A stretch of DNA of 26,433 nucleotides, taken from a virus (Duplodnaviria; Caudoviricetes). Shown here in pieces: positions 1 through 7,098 of this stretch. The notes beneath the pieces are model-generated. The model searched no databases and was not told where the DNA came from. It worked only from the letters and a program-made list of their open reading frames with translations. Where the stretch lies: the IMG/VR virus record IMGVR_UViG_3300025513_000049, positions 1 to 26,433 of that record, one strand, 5' to 3'. Positions within the stretch are counted from its first letter, which is position 1. Every line of letters starts with the position of its first letter. The position numbers were made by a program, and so were the translations under genes.

Positions 1-1
1 G

Positions 2-163
2 GTACGACAATGTGCACACGGTGTGATGACGGCGCGTAGTGGGCAGAGTGCCCGTGGACCGTGGAAGGCGTACATGTGCCCGACACCCAAGGGTACACCG
101 GGTCAATGTCAAGCACAGTTCCTTGACAACAAGAGTGCCGAATGGAACTCGTTCGCTGCGTAA
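2..163 (+). CDS. 3' end of a Cys/His zinc-finger-like phage protein (partial)
   Basis: Frame 2 reads VRQCAHGVMTARSGQSARGPWKAYMCPTPKGTPGQCQAQFLDNKSAEWNSFAA*, a C-x-HG-x-M...W-x3-CP...QC pattern; open at the window edge. Confidence 0.8.
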   Translation, partial: VRQCAHGVMTARSGQSARGPWKAYMCPTPKGTPGQCQAQFLDNKSAEWNSFAA

Positions 164-170
164 CTAAACT

Positions 171-212
171 TAGTGTGGGCAGGTTGACAGGGAAGCGGTC
201 TGTCCACACTAT
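171..212 (+). promoter_or_regulatory. Hairpin after the stop codon, overlapping a candidate SigA promoter for the downstream ncRNA
   Basis: TAGTGTGGGCAGGTTG (171-186) pairs with CGGTCTGTCCACACTA (196-211) using G-U pairs, loop ACAGGGAAG. TTGACA (184-189), 17 nt, CACTAT (207-212) would start transcription near 217-220. Confidence 0.45.
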
Positions 213-216
213 TCAT

Positions 217-436
217 GGTGGTGCGAAGCGGTAACGGCGGGACCGTGCACGGTAAGCGACTAAGCCGGAGGGAACTTTTTGGAAACTCACCGGGGTCTAG
301 CCACACTCTACGGAGTGTGCCACGCCGATAACGTGGAACGCTGACCTCACAGGGGGTCCATGCTCAAGGGATCTTCATTACGGCGCGACGTGTGTAATTA
401 TCGTTGATCCGTGGGTTCGACTCCCACACACCACCA
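217..436 (+). ncRNA. Unclassified ~220 nt structured RNA with tRNA-like acceptor stem and T-arm
   Basis: GGTGGTG (217-223)/CACCACC (429-435) then A436; T-arm GTGGG-TTCGACT-CCCAC (411-427); AGCGGTAA (227-234)/TTATCGTT (398-405); internal hairpins include CACACTC-TACG-GAGTGTG (302-319, UNCG loop). Fills an intergenic gap with no credible ORF. Confidence 0.7.
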
Positions 437-460
437 CCCCACCACGCAAGAAAGGGAAAC

Positions 461-1240
461 GTGAGAACACTAGACAGGGCGGTACGCTCACTTGACAAAG
501 GTGGTGCAGCATTACACTTACCGTTCCGTTCATGGGCAGACAAGCATATAAGTATCCGTCGTGGTGAAGTATCCATGATCGCAGGTCCACCCGGTGCAGG
601 TAAATCCACCGTGGCCCTAGCCCTCGCACTTAAAACACAAGTGCCAACCTTGTACGCTAGTGCTGACAGTCACGAATCCACCATGGCAATCCGATCCGTG
701 TCCATGATAACAGGTTTACCACAATCCGAAGTCGAATCACGCATGATGATGGACGTTGATTGGGCTAGCGGTTTACTGAAACAATACGGCAGTCACATCA
801 AATGGATGTTCGATGCCAGCCCCACACTAGGCGACCTTGAAGATGAGATCAACGTGTACCGTGAACTGTACGGTTCCGACCCCGAACTTGTGGTAGTAGA
901 CAACGCCGTAGATATTACTCACGAGAGTGGTGACGAGTTCGGTTCGTTGCGTTCACTGATGCGTGAAGTTAAATGGTGGGCACGTGAAATGAACTCAGCC
1001 TTCCTCATCCTGCATCACACCAGCGAATCGTACAACAGCAACCCTTGCCCACCACGGGCAGCGTTGCACGGAAAGATCGCACAAATACCTTCACTGATCC
1101 TCACCCTGTCATCCGAACAGCCCGGACTCATGGCCGTTGCACCAGTAAAGAACCGTTACGGGCCAGCGGATGCCACGGGTGGCACGGCAGTGTGGATGAA
1201 CTACTCGCCAGAGTCAATGCTACTAAGGGACATGGAATGA
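461..1240 (+). CDS. DnaB/RecA-like replicative helicase (ATPase domain only)
   Basis: Walker A GPPGAGKS, Walker B LVVVD, ILHH and KNRYG arginine-finger motif; GTG start at 461 behind AAGAAAGGG. Confidence 0.9.
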   Translation: MRTLDRAVRSLDKGGAALHLPFRSWADKHISIRRGEVSMIAGPPGAGKSTVALALALKTQVPTLYASADSHESTMAIRSVSMITGLPQSEVESRMMMDVDWASGLLKQYGSHIKWMFDASPTLGDLEDEINVYRELYGSDPELVVVDNAVDITHESGDEFGSLRSLMREVKWWAREMNSAFLILHHTSESYNSNPCPPRAALHGKIAQIPSLILTLSSEQPGLMAVAPVKNRYGPADATGGTAVWMNYSPESMLLRDME

Positions 1241-1737
1241 GAGTGGGGAGTTTGTTCACTGGTTACGGTGGCCTCGACATGGCTGTCGGTGGGAAACTCG
1301 CGTGGTACTCAGAGATTGAGCCAGCAGCCTGTCAAGTGCTGACAGCCCATTACCCAGATGTTCCCAACCTTGGAGACATCACAAAAATTGATTGGGCATC
1401 TGTTCCACCAGTTGACATTTTGACTGGCGGTTATCCATGCCAGCCATTTTCCCATGCAGGAAATAGGAAAGGTAAAGATGATGAACGACACCTCTGGCCT
1501 TACGTTCGAGACGCCATTGACGCGCTTCGACCAAGTTACGCAATCCTGGAGAACGTCGCAGGACACATCACTTTGGGATTTGCCGATGTCCTCGCCGACC
1601 TTGCCAGCATCGGGTTCGATGCGCAATGGGGAACTTTTCGAGCGTCCGATGTTGGAGCGCCCCACCAGCGCAACCGGCTCTTCATCGTTGCCTACCCTTG
1701 CAACTCCGGACACAATGGAATCATTACCAGTGCGTGA
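1237..1737 (+). CDS. C5 cytosine DNA methyltransferase, N-terminal part (motifs I-VIII)
   Basis: FTGYGG (I), GYPCQPFS (IV), ENV (VI), HQRNRLF (VIII); ATGA overlap with the helicase stop. Confidence 0.92.
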   Translation: MRVGSLFTGYGGLDMAVGGKLAWYSEIEPAACQVLTAHYPDVPNLGDITKIDWASVPPVDILTGGYPCQPFSHAGNRKGKDDERHLWPYVRDAIDALRPSYAILENVAGHITLGFADVLADLASIGFDAQWGTFRASDVGAPHQRNRLFIVAYPCNSGHNGIITSA

Positions 1738-2212
1738 AGGTGAAGCCTATGAGAAAGCCAAGCGACGTGGTAGTGGTCTGAGTGTGCGTGAGGACTCAGG
1801 CAACTTGCGGGAGCAAGTAGTTCATAACCTGCCTACCCCGACCGCTCGTGACTACAAAGACACGACGGTTCGCATGGAGCCGCACCGGCCTAACGACACA
1901 GACACAATTAACAGGGCGCTGGCAAGCATTACAACAACCGGAACCGCGTGGGGTAAGTACGAGCCTGCAATACGACGCTGGGAAAACCTCACACGCGAAG
2001 CACCTGAACCCACAGTCCCACACAAAGACAAACGCAGACTCAACCCCGTGTTTGTCGAATGGATGATGGGTTTACCGGAAGGGCACGTTACAGGGCGTGG
2101 GCTTACACCAGCGAAAGAGTTAAAAATGCTCGGTAACGGTGTCGTGCCGCAACAGGCGCGTGCCGCTGTCAATCAACTAATGGGGAGGATGGGTAATGTC
2201 GGCAGCCAATAA
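1478..2212 (+). CDS. C5 cytosine DNA methyltransferase, C-terminal part (TRD, motifs IX-X), in an overlapping +1 frame
   Basis: LPTPTARDYKD, RRLNPVFVEWMMGLP (IX), LKMLGNGVVP (X); SD AATAGGAAAGG (1462-1472) precedes ATG ATG at 1478/1481. Start position is uncertain. Confidence 0.85.
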   Translation: MMNDTSGLTFETPLTRFDQVTQSWRTSQDTSLWDLPMSSPTLPASGSMRNGELFERPMLERPTSATGSSSLPTLATPDTMESLPVREGEAYEKAKRRGSGLSVREDSGNLREQVVHNLPTPTARDYKDTTVRMEPHRPNDTDTINRALASITTTGTAWGKYEPAIRRWENLTREAPEPTVPHKDKRRLNPVFVEWMMGLPEGHVTGRGLTPAKELKMLGNGVVPQQARAAVNQLMGRMGNVGSQ

Positions 2213-2558
2213 AGCAAAAGGGAGCAAGTGGGAGTCTGATATAGAATCCTATCTGAACGACGTTGGTATTAAAGCGCGACGCTTACCCCGTGCCGGGGCG
2301 AAAGATATTGGTGACGTAGCAATCACACTCAAGTCAGACAAAGTGATCGTGGTTGAAGCAAAGAACGTGGCATCAGTGACGTTGAAAGAGTTCCTGCGAC
2401 AGGCCGAAGTAGAAGCAGACAACTATGAGTCTAAATACAAGAACGTATGCTACCCTGTTGTCATGGTTAAAGCACGCCAACAAGGTGTTGGTGAAGGTCG
2501 CGTCATTATGACGTTGGACACGCTACTCAACTTACTCAAGTGGGAGGGCTTATCGTGA
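2196..2558 (+). CDS. Holliday junction resolvase, Hjc-like PD-(D/E)xK nuclease
   Basis: NKAKGSKWE...GAKDIGDV...VEAKN motif arrangement; replication operon context. Confidence 0.85.
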   Translation: MSAANKAKGSKWESDIESYLNDVGIKARRLPRAGAKDIGDVAITLKSDKVIVVEAKNVASVTLKEFLRQAEVEADNYESKYKNVCYPVVMVKARQQGVGEGRVIMTLDTLLNLLKWEGLS

Positions 2559-2713
2559 CTGACGCTAGGCTCCCCATTGCAGAGGCATACTTCACAAAGT
2601 ATTATTCTTACCTTTCCAAATACTTCGAGATCGCAGTTGTTTTTGGTGGCGAAGAAGCCAAGAGACAATTCTATGCCGATCACAACATGAACCCTGACGG
2701 AAGCACGAAATGA
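2555..2713 (+). CDS. Hypothetical 52-aa protein (MTDARLPIAEAYFTKYY...)
   Basis: GTGA overlap with the upstream stop and ATGA overlap with the downstream start; fills the gap exactly. Confidence 0.7.
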   Translation: MTDARLPIAEAYFTKYYSYLSKYFEIAVVFGGEEAKRQFYADHNMNPDGSTK

Positions 2714-2732
2714 CTGACGCTAGGTTCCCCAT
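2556..2732 (+). repeat. 22-nt direct repeat (2556-2577 and 2711-2732) at two consecutive gene starts
   Basis: TGACTGACGCTAGGCTCCCCAT vs TGACTGACGCTAGGTTCCCCAT, one mismatch. Confidence 0.9.
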
Positions 2733-3108
2733 ATGGCCAGTGCTCGAACACTACGGGTGGACGTTACCATCACCGCGTGGAGTGTGGCAGACAGTGAAGT
2801 GTGGGGCACACGACGACAGTCACATGTCCTGCCGTGTCAGTGAAGATGCCGGTCAAGTAAAATGTTTAGCATGTGGATTTTCGGGCGACGCTATCGCGGT
2901 CGTTCAACACTACGAACAGTTAGGATTTAAGGATGCTCTCACTAGATGCGAAGAACTCACTGGAACAAGCGACAGCAGCGTACGAAACACAAGTGGATCA
3001 GGTCGCGGGTTATCTGGCAGCAAGGGGAATAAGTCAAGAGGCCGCGTTTACACACCGCCTCGGCTTCGTGGCCGATCCTCTGGTGGGACACGAACGGTAC
3101 GTGGGTAG
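2710..3108 (+). CDS. DNA primase zinc-binding (CHC2) subunit
   Basis: CGAHDD-x3-SC...CLACGFSGDAI; the low-complexity tail overlaps the next gene. Confidence 0.88.
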   Translation: MTDARFPIWPVLEHYGWTLPSPRGVWQTVKCGAHDDSHMSCRVSEDAGQVKCLACGFSGDAIAVVQHYEQLGFKDALTRCEELTGTSDSSVRNTSGSGRGLSGSKGNKSRGRVYTPPRLRGRSSGGTRTVRG

Positions 3109-3550
3109 ACTTGCTATCCCCTACGTCACGCCTACGTGTGTCACTGACGTTCGCTTCCGTGCTGTTAACGATGACGATTCTCCGAAGTATCTGTCGCGTG
3201 AGGGAGCCGAAACCCACCTATACAACGTGAAAGCGTTCGAGATGGACTCAGATTTTATTGCCATATGTGAAGGGGAAATGGACACGATCATCTCCCATAG
3301 CATGTGTGGTATTCCTACGATAGGATTAGCGGGTGCTAACGCATGGAAGCCTTGGTATGCTAGGGCTTTCGCTGATTACCATAAAGTGTTTGTGTTAACT
3401 GATGGTGACCAGCCGGGTAGGGATCTTGGCAAGAAGATCGCGCAGCAGATTGATGTGGCGGTAGTAGTGTCCATGCCTGACGGGATGGATGTGAACGAAG
3501 TGTTTATTCGTGACGGTGTTGAAGGTGTCAGAGGAAGGATCGGGTTGTGA
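2933..3550 (+). CDS. DNA primase catalytic TOPRIM subunit
   Basis: YLAARGI, RLAIPY, PKYL, ICEGEMD, DGDQPG, MDVNE motifs. Confidence 0.92.
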   Translation: MLSLDAKNSLEQATAAYETQVDQVAGYLAARGISQEAAFTHRLGFVADPLVGHERYVGRLAIPYVTPTCVTDVRFRAVNDDDSPKYLSREGAETHLYNVKAFEMDSDFIAICEGEMDTIISHSMCGIPTIGLAGANAWKPWYARAFADYHKVFVLTDGDQPGRDLGKKIAQQIDVAVVVSMPDGMDVNEVFIRDGVEGVRGRIGL

Positions 3551-3732
3551 ATCCTTGGGTGTGGTTTAGTATCGGTGGCGTGGCGTTCATCGTTGTCGGT
3601 TTCATCACTGACCGTTTAATTATGCGTGTCACAGGATGGGCTCAAGAGCGAGACATTAACAGGATCATCGCTGATGAGGTTGTTGAACAGTTCCGTAGGG
3701 AACAATCGAGTCGGAGGGAAGATCCACTATGA
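3547..3732 (+). CDS. Small membrane protein
   Basis: N-terminal hydrophobic stretch WVWFSIGGVAFIVVGFI; 4-nt overlaps on both sides. Confidence 0.75.
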   Translation: MNPWVWFSIGGVAFIVVGFITDRLIMRVTGWAQERDINRIIADEVVEQFRREQSSRREDPL

Positions 3733-4028
3733 CCGACATGCAACTGTTTAGTGCCGATGCTAGGGCAATATATAAATACATGGAAGACGTACTCATCAGT
3801 AAACAGTTAGACTACGGCCCCGGTAACATTAACAACGCGCCCGGTGGCCCACTCAACGGTTTACTGGTTCGCATGAACGACAAAATGGAACGACTCAAGC
3901 ACCTGAATTACCATGCGGAAGGTGAACCACAAAACGAATCAATAGACGACAGTCTGCTAGACATAGCAAACTATGCTGTTATCGCTATGATGGTGAGGGC
4001 TGAGACATGGCCGACAAACATTTCGTGA
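3729..4028 (+). CDS. DUF1599 / nucleotide-modification-associated domain 1 protein
   Basis: KQLDYG-x2-NI...GLLVRMNDKMERL...ESIDDSLLDIANYAVI signature. Confidence 0.8.
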   Translation: MTDMQLFSADARAIYKYMEDVLISKQLDYGPGNINNAPGGPLNGLLVRMNDKMERLKHLNYHAEGEPQNESIDDSLLDIANYAVIAMMVRAETWPTNIS

Positions 4029-4138
4029 CATTAAGAAACTACCGTGTGTGTACCGAATGCAAAAACGGTTTCGTTCCCTCGGACCCACCATCCGTTTACA
4101 CGTGCCTGACGTGCCGTTCATTGGCACCTTGTGCCTGA
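4007..4138 (+). CDS. 43-aa zinc-ribbon microprotein
   Basis: MADKHFVTLRNYRVCTECKNGFVPSDPPSVYTCLTCRSLAPCA*, two CxxC pairs; SD-like GGTGAGGG upstream. Confidence 0.65.
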   Translation: MADKHFVTLRNYRVCTECKNGFVPSDPPSVYTCLTCRSLAPCA

Positions 4139-4259
4139 CACGGTACACAAGTGTGGCTTTTGCATGACACAATACCACGACAACTGCCGGAGGGTAATAG
4201 TGTACTTCGATAAGACATGGACATGTGAATGCTTACACGACGAAGGGGGCACCGAATGA
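4131..4259 (+). CDS. 42-aa Cys/His-rich microprotein
   Basis: MPDTVHKCGFCMTQYHDNCRRVIVYFDKTWTCECLHDEGGTE*; stop overlaps the next ATG. Confidence 0.7.
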   Translation: MPDTVHKCGFCMTQYHDNCRRVIVYFDKTWTCECLHDEGGTE

Positions 4260-4396
4260 AACGTGTTATCAAGAAATATAACCGACCCGGATTCACGATG
4301 CACACGCTAGATGTTTGGCGGTTCAGTTTCAGTTTCACTGTTCGCGGGAAAAACTTTCATCAAGCAATCCTCAACGATCAACACAAGGTGGGATAA
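4256..4396 (+). CDS. Hypothetical 46-aa protein (MKRVIKKYNRPGF...)
   Basis: ATGA overlap upstream, TAATG overlap downstream, SD GAAGGGGG. Confidence 0.65.
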   Translation: MKRVIKKYNRPGFTMHTLDVWRFSFSFTVRGKNFHQAILNDQHKVG

Positions 4397-5139
4397 TGAA
4401 ACGAACCGTGGTAATTAGTGACCTGCAAATCCCCTTCGAGGATCGCAAAGCCGTTGATGCCGTCGCGGAATTCATTGAGGACTTCAAACCTGACAGTGTT
4501 ATCAGTGTGGGTGACGAGTCCGATCTCGCACCGCTGTCACGCTACTCGCTAGGCACACGTGGAATGTACGAAGGTAACCTTGGTGCCGAACGAGACCGCG
4601 TAGTGGACGTACTAGGTATGCTGAAAGTACAGCACATCACGCGCAGCAACCACCTTGACCGGTGGTTCGCTGCACTCTCAAGAGTACCAGCGTTCGAGAC
4701 AGTACCCGAAATGAAACTAGAAACGTTCTACAAGTTTGAGCAGTTAGGTGTCACCTACCACAAAGATCCGTGGTCACCAGCAAAGAACACGCTACTCATG
4801 CACGGTGATGAGGGCGCCATGAGCAGTAAGTCAGGACAAACAGCCTTAGGTTTAGCGTTACGTACCAACACAAACGTTGTGTGTGGTCATACGCACCGTC
4901 AAGGTATTTCTAGTACCACGTTCACGTGGCTTGGTAACAAGCAACCCAAGACCGTGTTCGGTTTCGAGGCGGGGACACTCGCAGACTTCAACTCTCCGGG
5001 TATGCGCTATGCGAAGATGAAGAACTGGCAGCAAGGATTCGGCTTGCTGTATGAGGATGGTAGTAACGTCACGCCAGTGGCAATACCGATAGTGAACAAA
5101 TCTTTTATTGTAGAGGGGACGATGTACAAATGGAGATAA
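4396..5139 (+). CDS. Calcineurin-like metallophosphoesterase
   Basis: ISDLQ, VGDESD, SNH, HGD, GHTH motifs; start set at MKRTVVISD. Confidence 0.9.
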   Translation: MKRTVVISDLQIPFEDRKAVDAVAEFIEDFKPDSVISVGDESDLAPLSRYSLGTRGMYEGNLGAERDRVVDVLGMLKVQHITRSNHLDRWFAALSRVPAFETVPEMKLETFYKFEQLGVTYHKDPWSPAKNTLLMHGDEGAMSSKSGQTALGLALRTNTNVVCGHTHRQGISSTTFTWLGNKQPKTVFGFEAGTLADFNSPGMRYAKMKNWQQGFGLLYEDGSNVTPVAIPIVNKSFIVEGTMYKWR

Positions 5140-5741
5140 AAGAGATGACTATTACCGATAGTGAAATTAAACTAGCAAAGCAGGGGGCACAAGGCGCGTA
5201 CCGTGCAGGGCGTGGACTGATAGACCTCGGGGATCTTATCGGTGAAGCGAACATGTGGATGGTGGAAAACTATCGTAAGGTAGTGACGTGGAGAGATGAA
5301 GGTCGCCACGGGCACAACAAACTCCGGCAAGCGTGTCGTCAGCGTTGCCTTACTGTGATCGCACGGGAACGTAAGAAGCGTTCCGGTCTTAAAGGTGGGG
5401 ATCTTTTCTTTTACAATCCTCAAATGGTTCGTGAACTTATCGCAGACATTTTCAGTGTAGATGATTGGACTACTAGCGGTGTTGATAATGGTGAGTTGCG
5501 GGGCAAATCAGTGCCCTCTGAGGGTGGAAACAAACTTGCTATGGTGGTTGATGTGCGTGGTGCTTTCTATTCTCTTACCGTGGACGACAGGGCTGTCATT
5601 GAATCGTTGTATCGTGACGGTGAGTCGTTTACACAGGTAGCAGTCACACTTGATGTTGCTGAGCGTACCGTTAGGCGCAAGGAAGAACGTATCCTTGAGA
5701 AGATTGTTGAACGGTTGGGTGGGGAGTCACCCTTCAGGTAA
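5130..5741 (+). CDS. Phage sigma-70-family-like RNA polymerase sigma factor
   Basis: Region-2-like DLGDLIGEANMW and region-4 HTH LTVDDRAVIESLYRDGESFTQVAVTLDVAERTVRRKEERILEKI. Confidence 0.8.
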   Translation: MEIKEMTITDSEIKLAKQGAQGAYRAGRGLIDLGDLIGEANMWMVENYRKVVTWRDEGRHGHNKLRQACRQRCLTVIARERKKRSGLKGGDLFFYNPQMVRELIADIFSVDDWTTSGVDNGELRGKSVPSEGGNKLAMVVDVRGAFYSLTVDDRAVIESLYRDGESFTQVAVTLDVAERTVRRKEERILEKIVERLGGESPFR

Positions 5742-5848
5742 GTGACCCCCCGTTAGTAAGCCACACTATGCCCGGTTGGGCATGTTCTGGCGTACTTTCT
5801 CCCTAACTAAAGCGTCAAAATACACCCGATATTAGGGGTGAATTGACG
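5721..5848. terminator. Hairpin cluster where the two transcription units converge (candidate U-less terminators)
   Basis: GGGGAGTCAC/GTGACCCCCC (5721-5751), ATGCCC-GGTT-GGGCAT (5768-5783), CGTCAA..CACCC/GGGTG..TTGACG (5813-5848); no U-tracts. Confidence 0.45.
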
Positions 5849-5868
5849 GTTTACAGATGATTCACTCA

Positions 5869-6564
5869 TCACTTCACCTCCGGCGCGTCGCAGCGTTCGA
5901 TTGATGTGATGGACGGGTTTGGAGGTGAATCGTTTGGAGCGAGAATGTTAAGGCCAACCATGATTGCCCCGTGAGCAAAAAAAACTGTCCCTTCAAAAGC
6001 CTTTTCGTTATATGTAGTAGTCACCCGCACCCACTCATGTTCTTTCAAAGTTGGTATCAGTTCGGCAGGTGTAGGCGGGACGTATAGGGTTAGGTTGCAT
6101 TCGTAGTTTTGTTGATAAGTATCGCCAGAACTACGGTAATTCCATTCACCCAACTTTTCATGCCAGTCAGTCAGTGCTACCGTCCACGGCTGAGTGGAAA
6201 GTTCCGACAACACCCGATCCCCAAACTTAAACTTTGGTTGCGGGTGAATAGTTACTCCACCTTCTGCGCCAAGATTCTCTACCGAAACTTCCGTGCCGTC
6301 CAGTAGATACCCTTTCGTGACATTGGCTTCAATAGTGCCAGATCCACCACTTATACCGGGGTTATAGCCTCCACCGCCGCCAGCGCCTGCCTGCCACCGT
6401 TTCCCCAAGTTAAAAGAAATAAATCTTGCTAGTTTAACGTCAGCGGTGTGCTCTTTTTCTAGTTCCGCAATCAACTTAGCGTGATCCTCGTACCGCACCC
6501 ACGCGCCTTCCCTGTTCGGACTCATGCACGAGTCGTACAACCTATGTCTATTTATTTCACTCAT
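5869..6564 (-). CDS. Mosaic hypothetical protein with Gly-rich linker and KOW/SH3-like segment
   Basis: 231-aa ORF from MSEINRH; contains GAGGGGGYNPGISGGSG and PKFKFGDRV; SD GAAGGAG. Confidence 0.8.
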   Translation of the reverse strand: MSEINRHRLYDSCMSPNREGAWVRYEDHAKLIAELEKEHTADVKLARFISFNLGKRWQAGAGGGGGYNPGISGGSGTIEANVTKGYLLDGTEVSVENLGAEGGVTIHPQPKFKFGDRVLSELSTQPWTVALTDWHEKLGEWNYRSSGDTYQQNYECNLTLYVPPTPAELIPTLKEHEWVRVTTTYNEKAFEGTVFFAHGAIMVGLNILAPNDSPPNPSITSIERCDAPEVK

Positions 6565-6841
6565 CACTTTCTCCTTCATCTTCTAGTACCACTAGGTCCT
6601 CGTACTGTTCAGCACCTAGACGTTCGCGTTCAGCACACGCATACCCTTCGCTATCAGCGATCACGTTGCTGAGGACGGTGACTGCCCGGGAGAGTTCTCC
6701 CGGGTGGTCAGGTGTCCACGGATCAAACAAGAACGTGGCTTGCATCTTCACCATGTGGTCCTTGTGCCTGACACCATCAATACTGAGCAGAGACAAACGC
6801 TCGGGGCTTAACGGTCGTGGCTCGCGATACGGGTCACTCAC
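6557..6841 (-). CDS. Hypothetical protein (MSDPYREPRP...)
   Basis: Overlaps its neighbours at both ends; GTG start chosen at the upstream stop. Confidence 0.7.
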   Translation of the reverse strand: MSDPYREPRPLSPERLSLLSIDGVRHKDHMVKMQATFLFDPWTPDHPGELSRAVTVLSNVIADSEGYACAERERLGAEQYEDLVVLEDEGESDE

Positions 6842-6920
6842 TGTCATCACCCTTGTCGTGGTCACTGTCGTCATGCCTGTCATGCTCCGTGTTTACCAGT
6901 AAATCTTTAAACTTACCCAT
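6834..6920 (-). CDS. 28-aa Asp/His-rich micropeptide
   Basis: MGKFKDLLVNTEHDRHDDSDHDKGDDSE*; SD AGGAAG; 8-nt overlaps on both sides. Confidence 0.5.
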   Translation of the reverse strand: MGKFKDLLVNTEHDRHDDSDHDKGDDSE

Positions 6921-7092
6921 TGTCTTCTTCCTTCCTGCTGTTGATGAGTTCCAGTATCTGTCGCGCTAAAGTGTACGCTTCGTCTTCACTGAAGATCAGT
7001 GTCGTGTCGTCGTTAGCCACACGAATGTTGTTGTCCTTAACGTACGTTACTTTCAATGGTTCAACGTCGTGCTTTGAAAACAAACTAAACAT
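6913..7092 (-). CDS. Hypothetical 59-aa protein (MFSLFSKHDVEPLKV...)
   Basis: Hand-translated ORF that fills the gap; SD GGAGAG. Confidence 0.7.
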   Translation of the reverse strand: MFSLFSKHDVEPLKVTYVKDNNIRVANDDTTLIFSEDEAYTLARQILELINSRKEEDNG

Positions 7093-7098
7093 TATCGC

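Noticed and set aside
217-436. Canonical tRNA, tmRNA or group I intron-containing tRNA
   Set aside because: No D-arm or 7-nt anticodon loop; no G3-U70 pair; GCCGATAAC (ADN) at 325 stops after six codons with no ALAA-type end; GACTA at 258 has no matching P7 partner that I could find.
404-460. N-terminal extension of the helicase given in the ORF track
   Set aside because: It runs through the T-arm structure; GTG at 461 has a good SD.
1045-1236. Long N-terminal extension of the methyltransferase ORF
   Set aside because: Overlaps the helicase; motif I begins right after ATG 1237, which overlaps the helicase stop.
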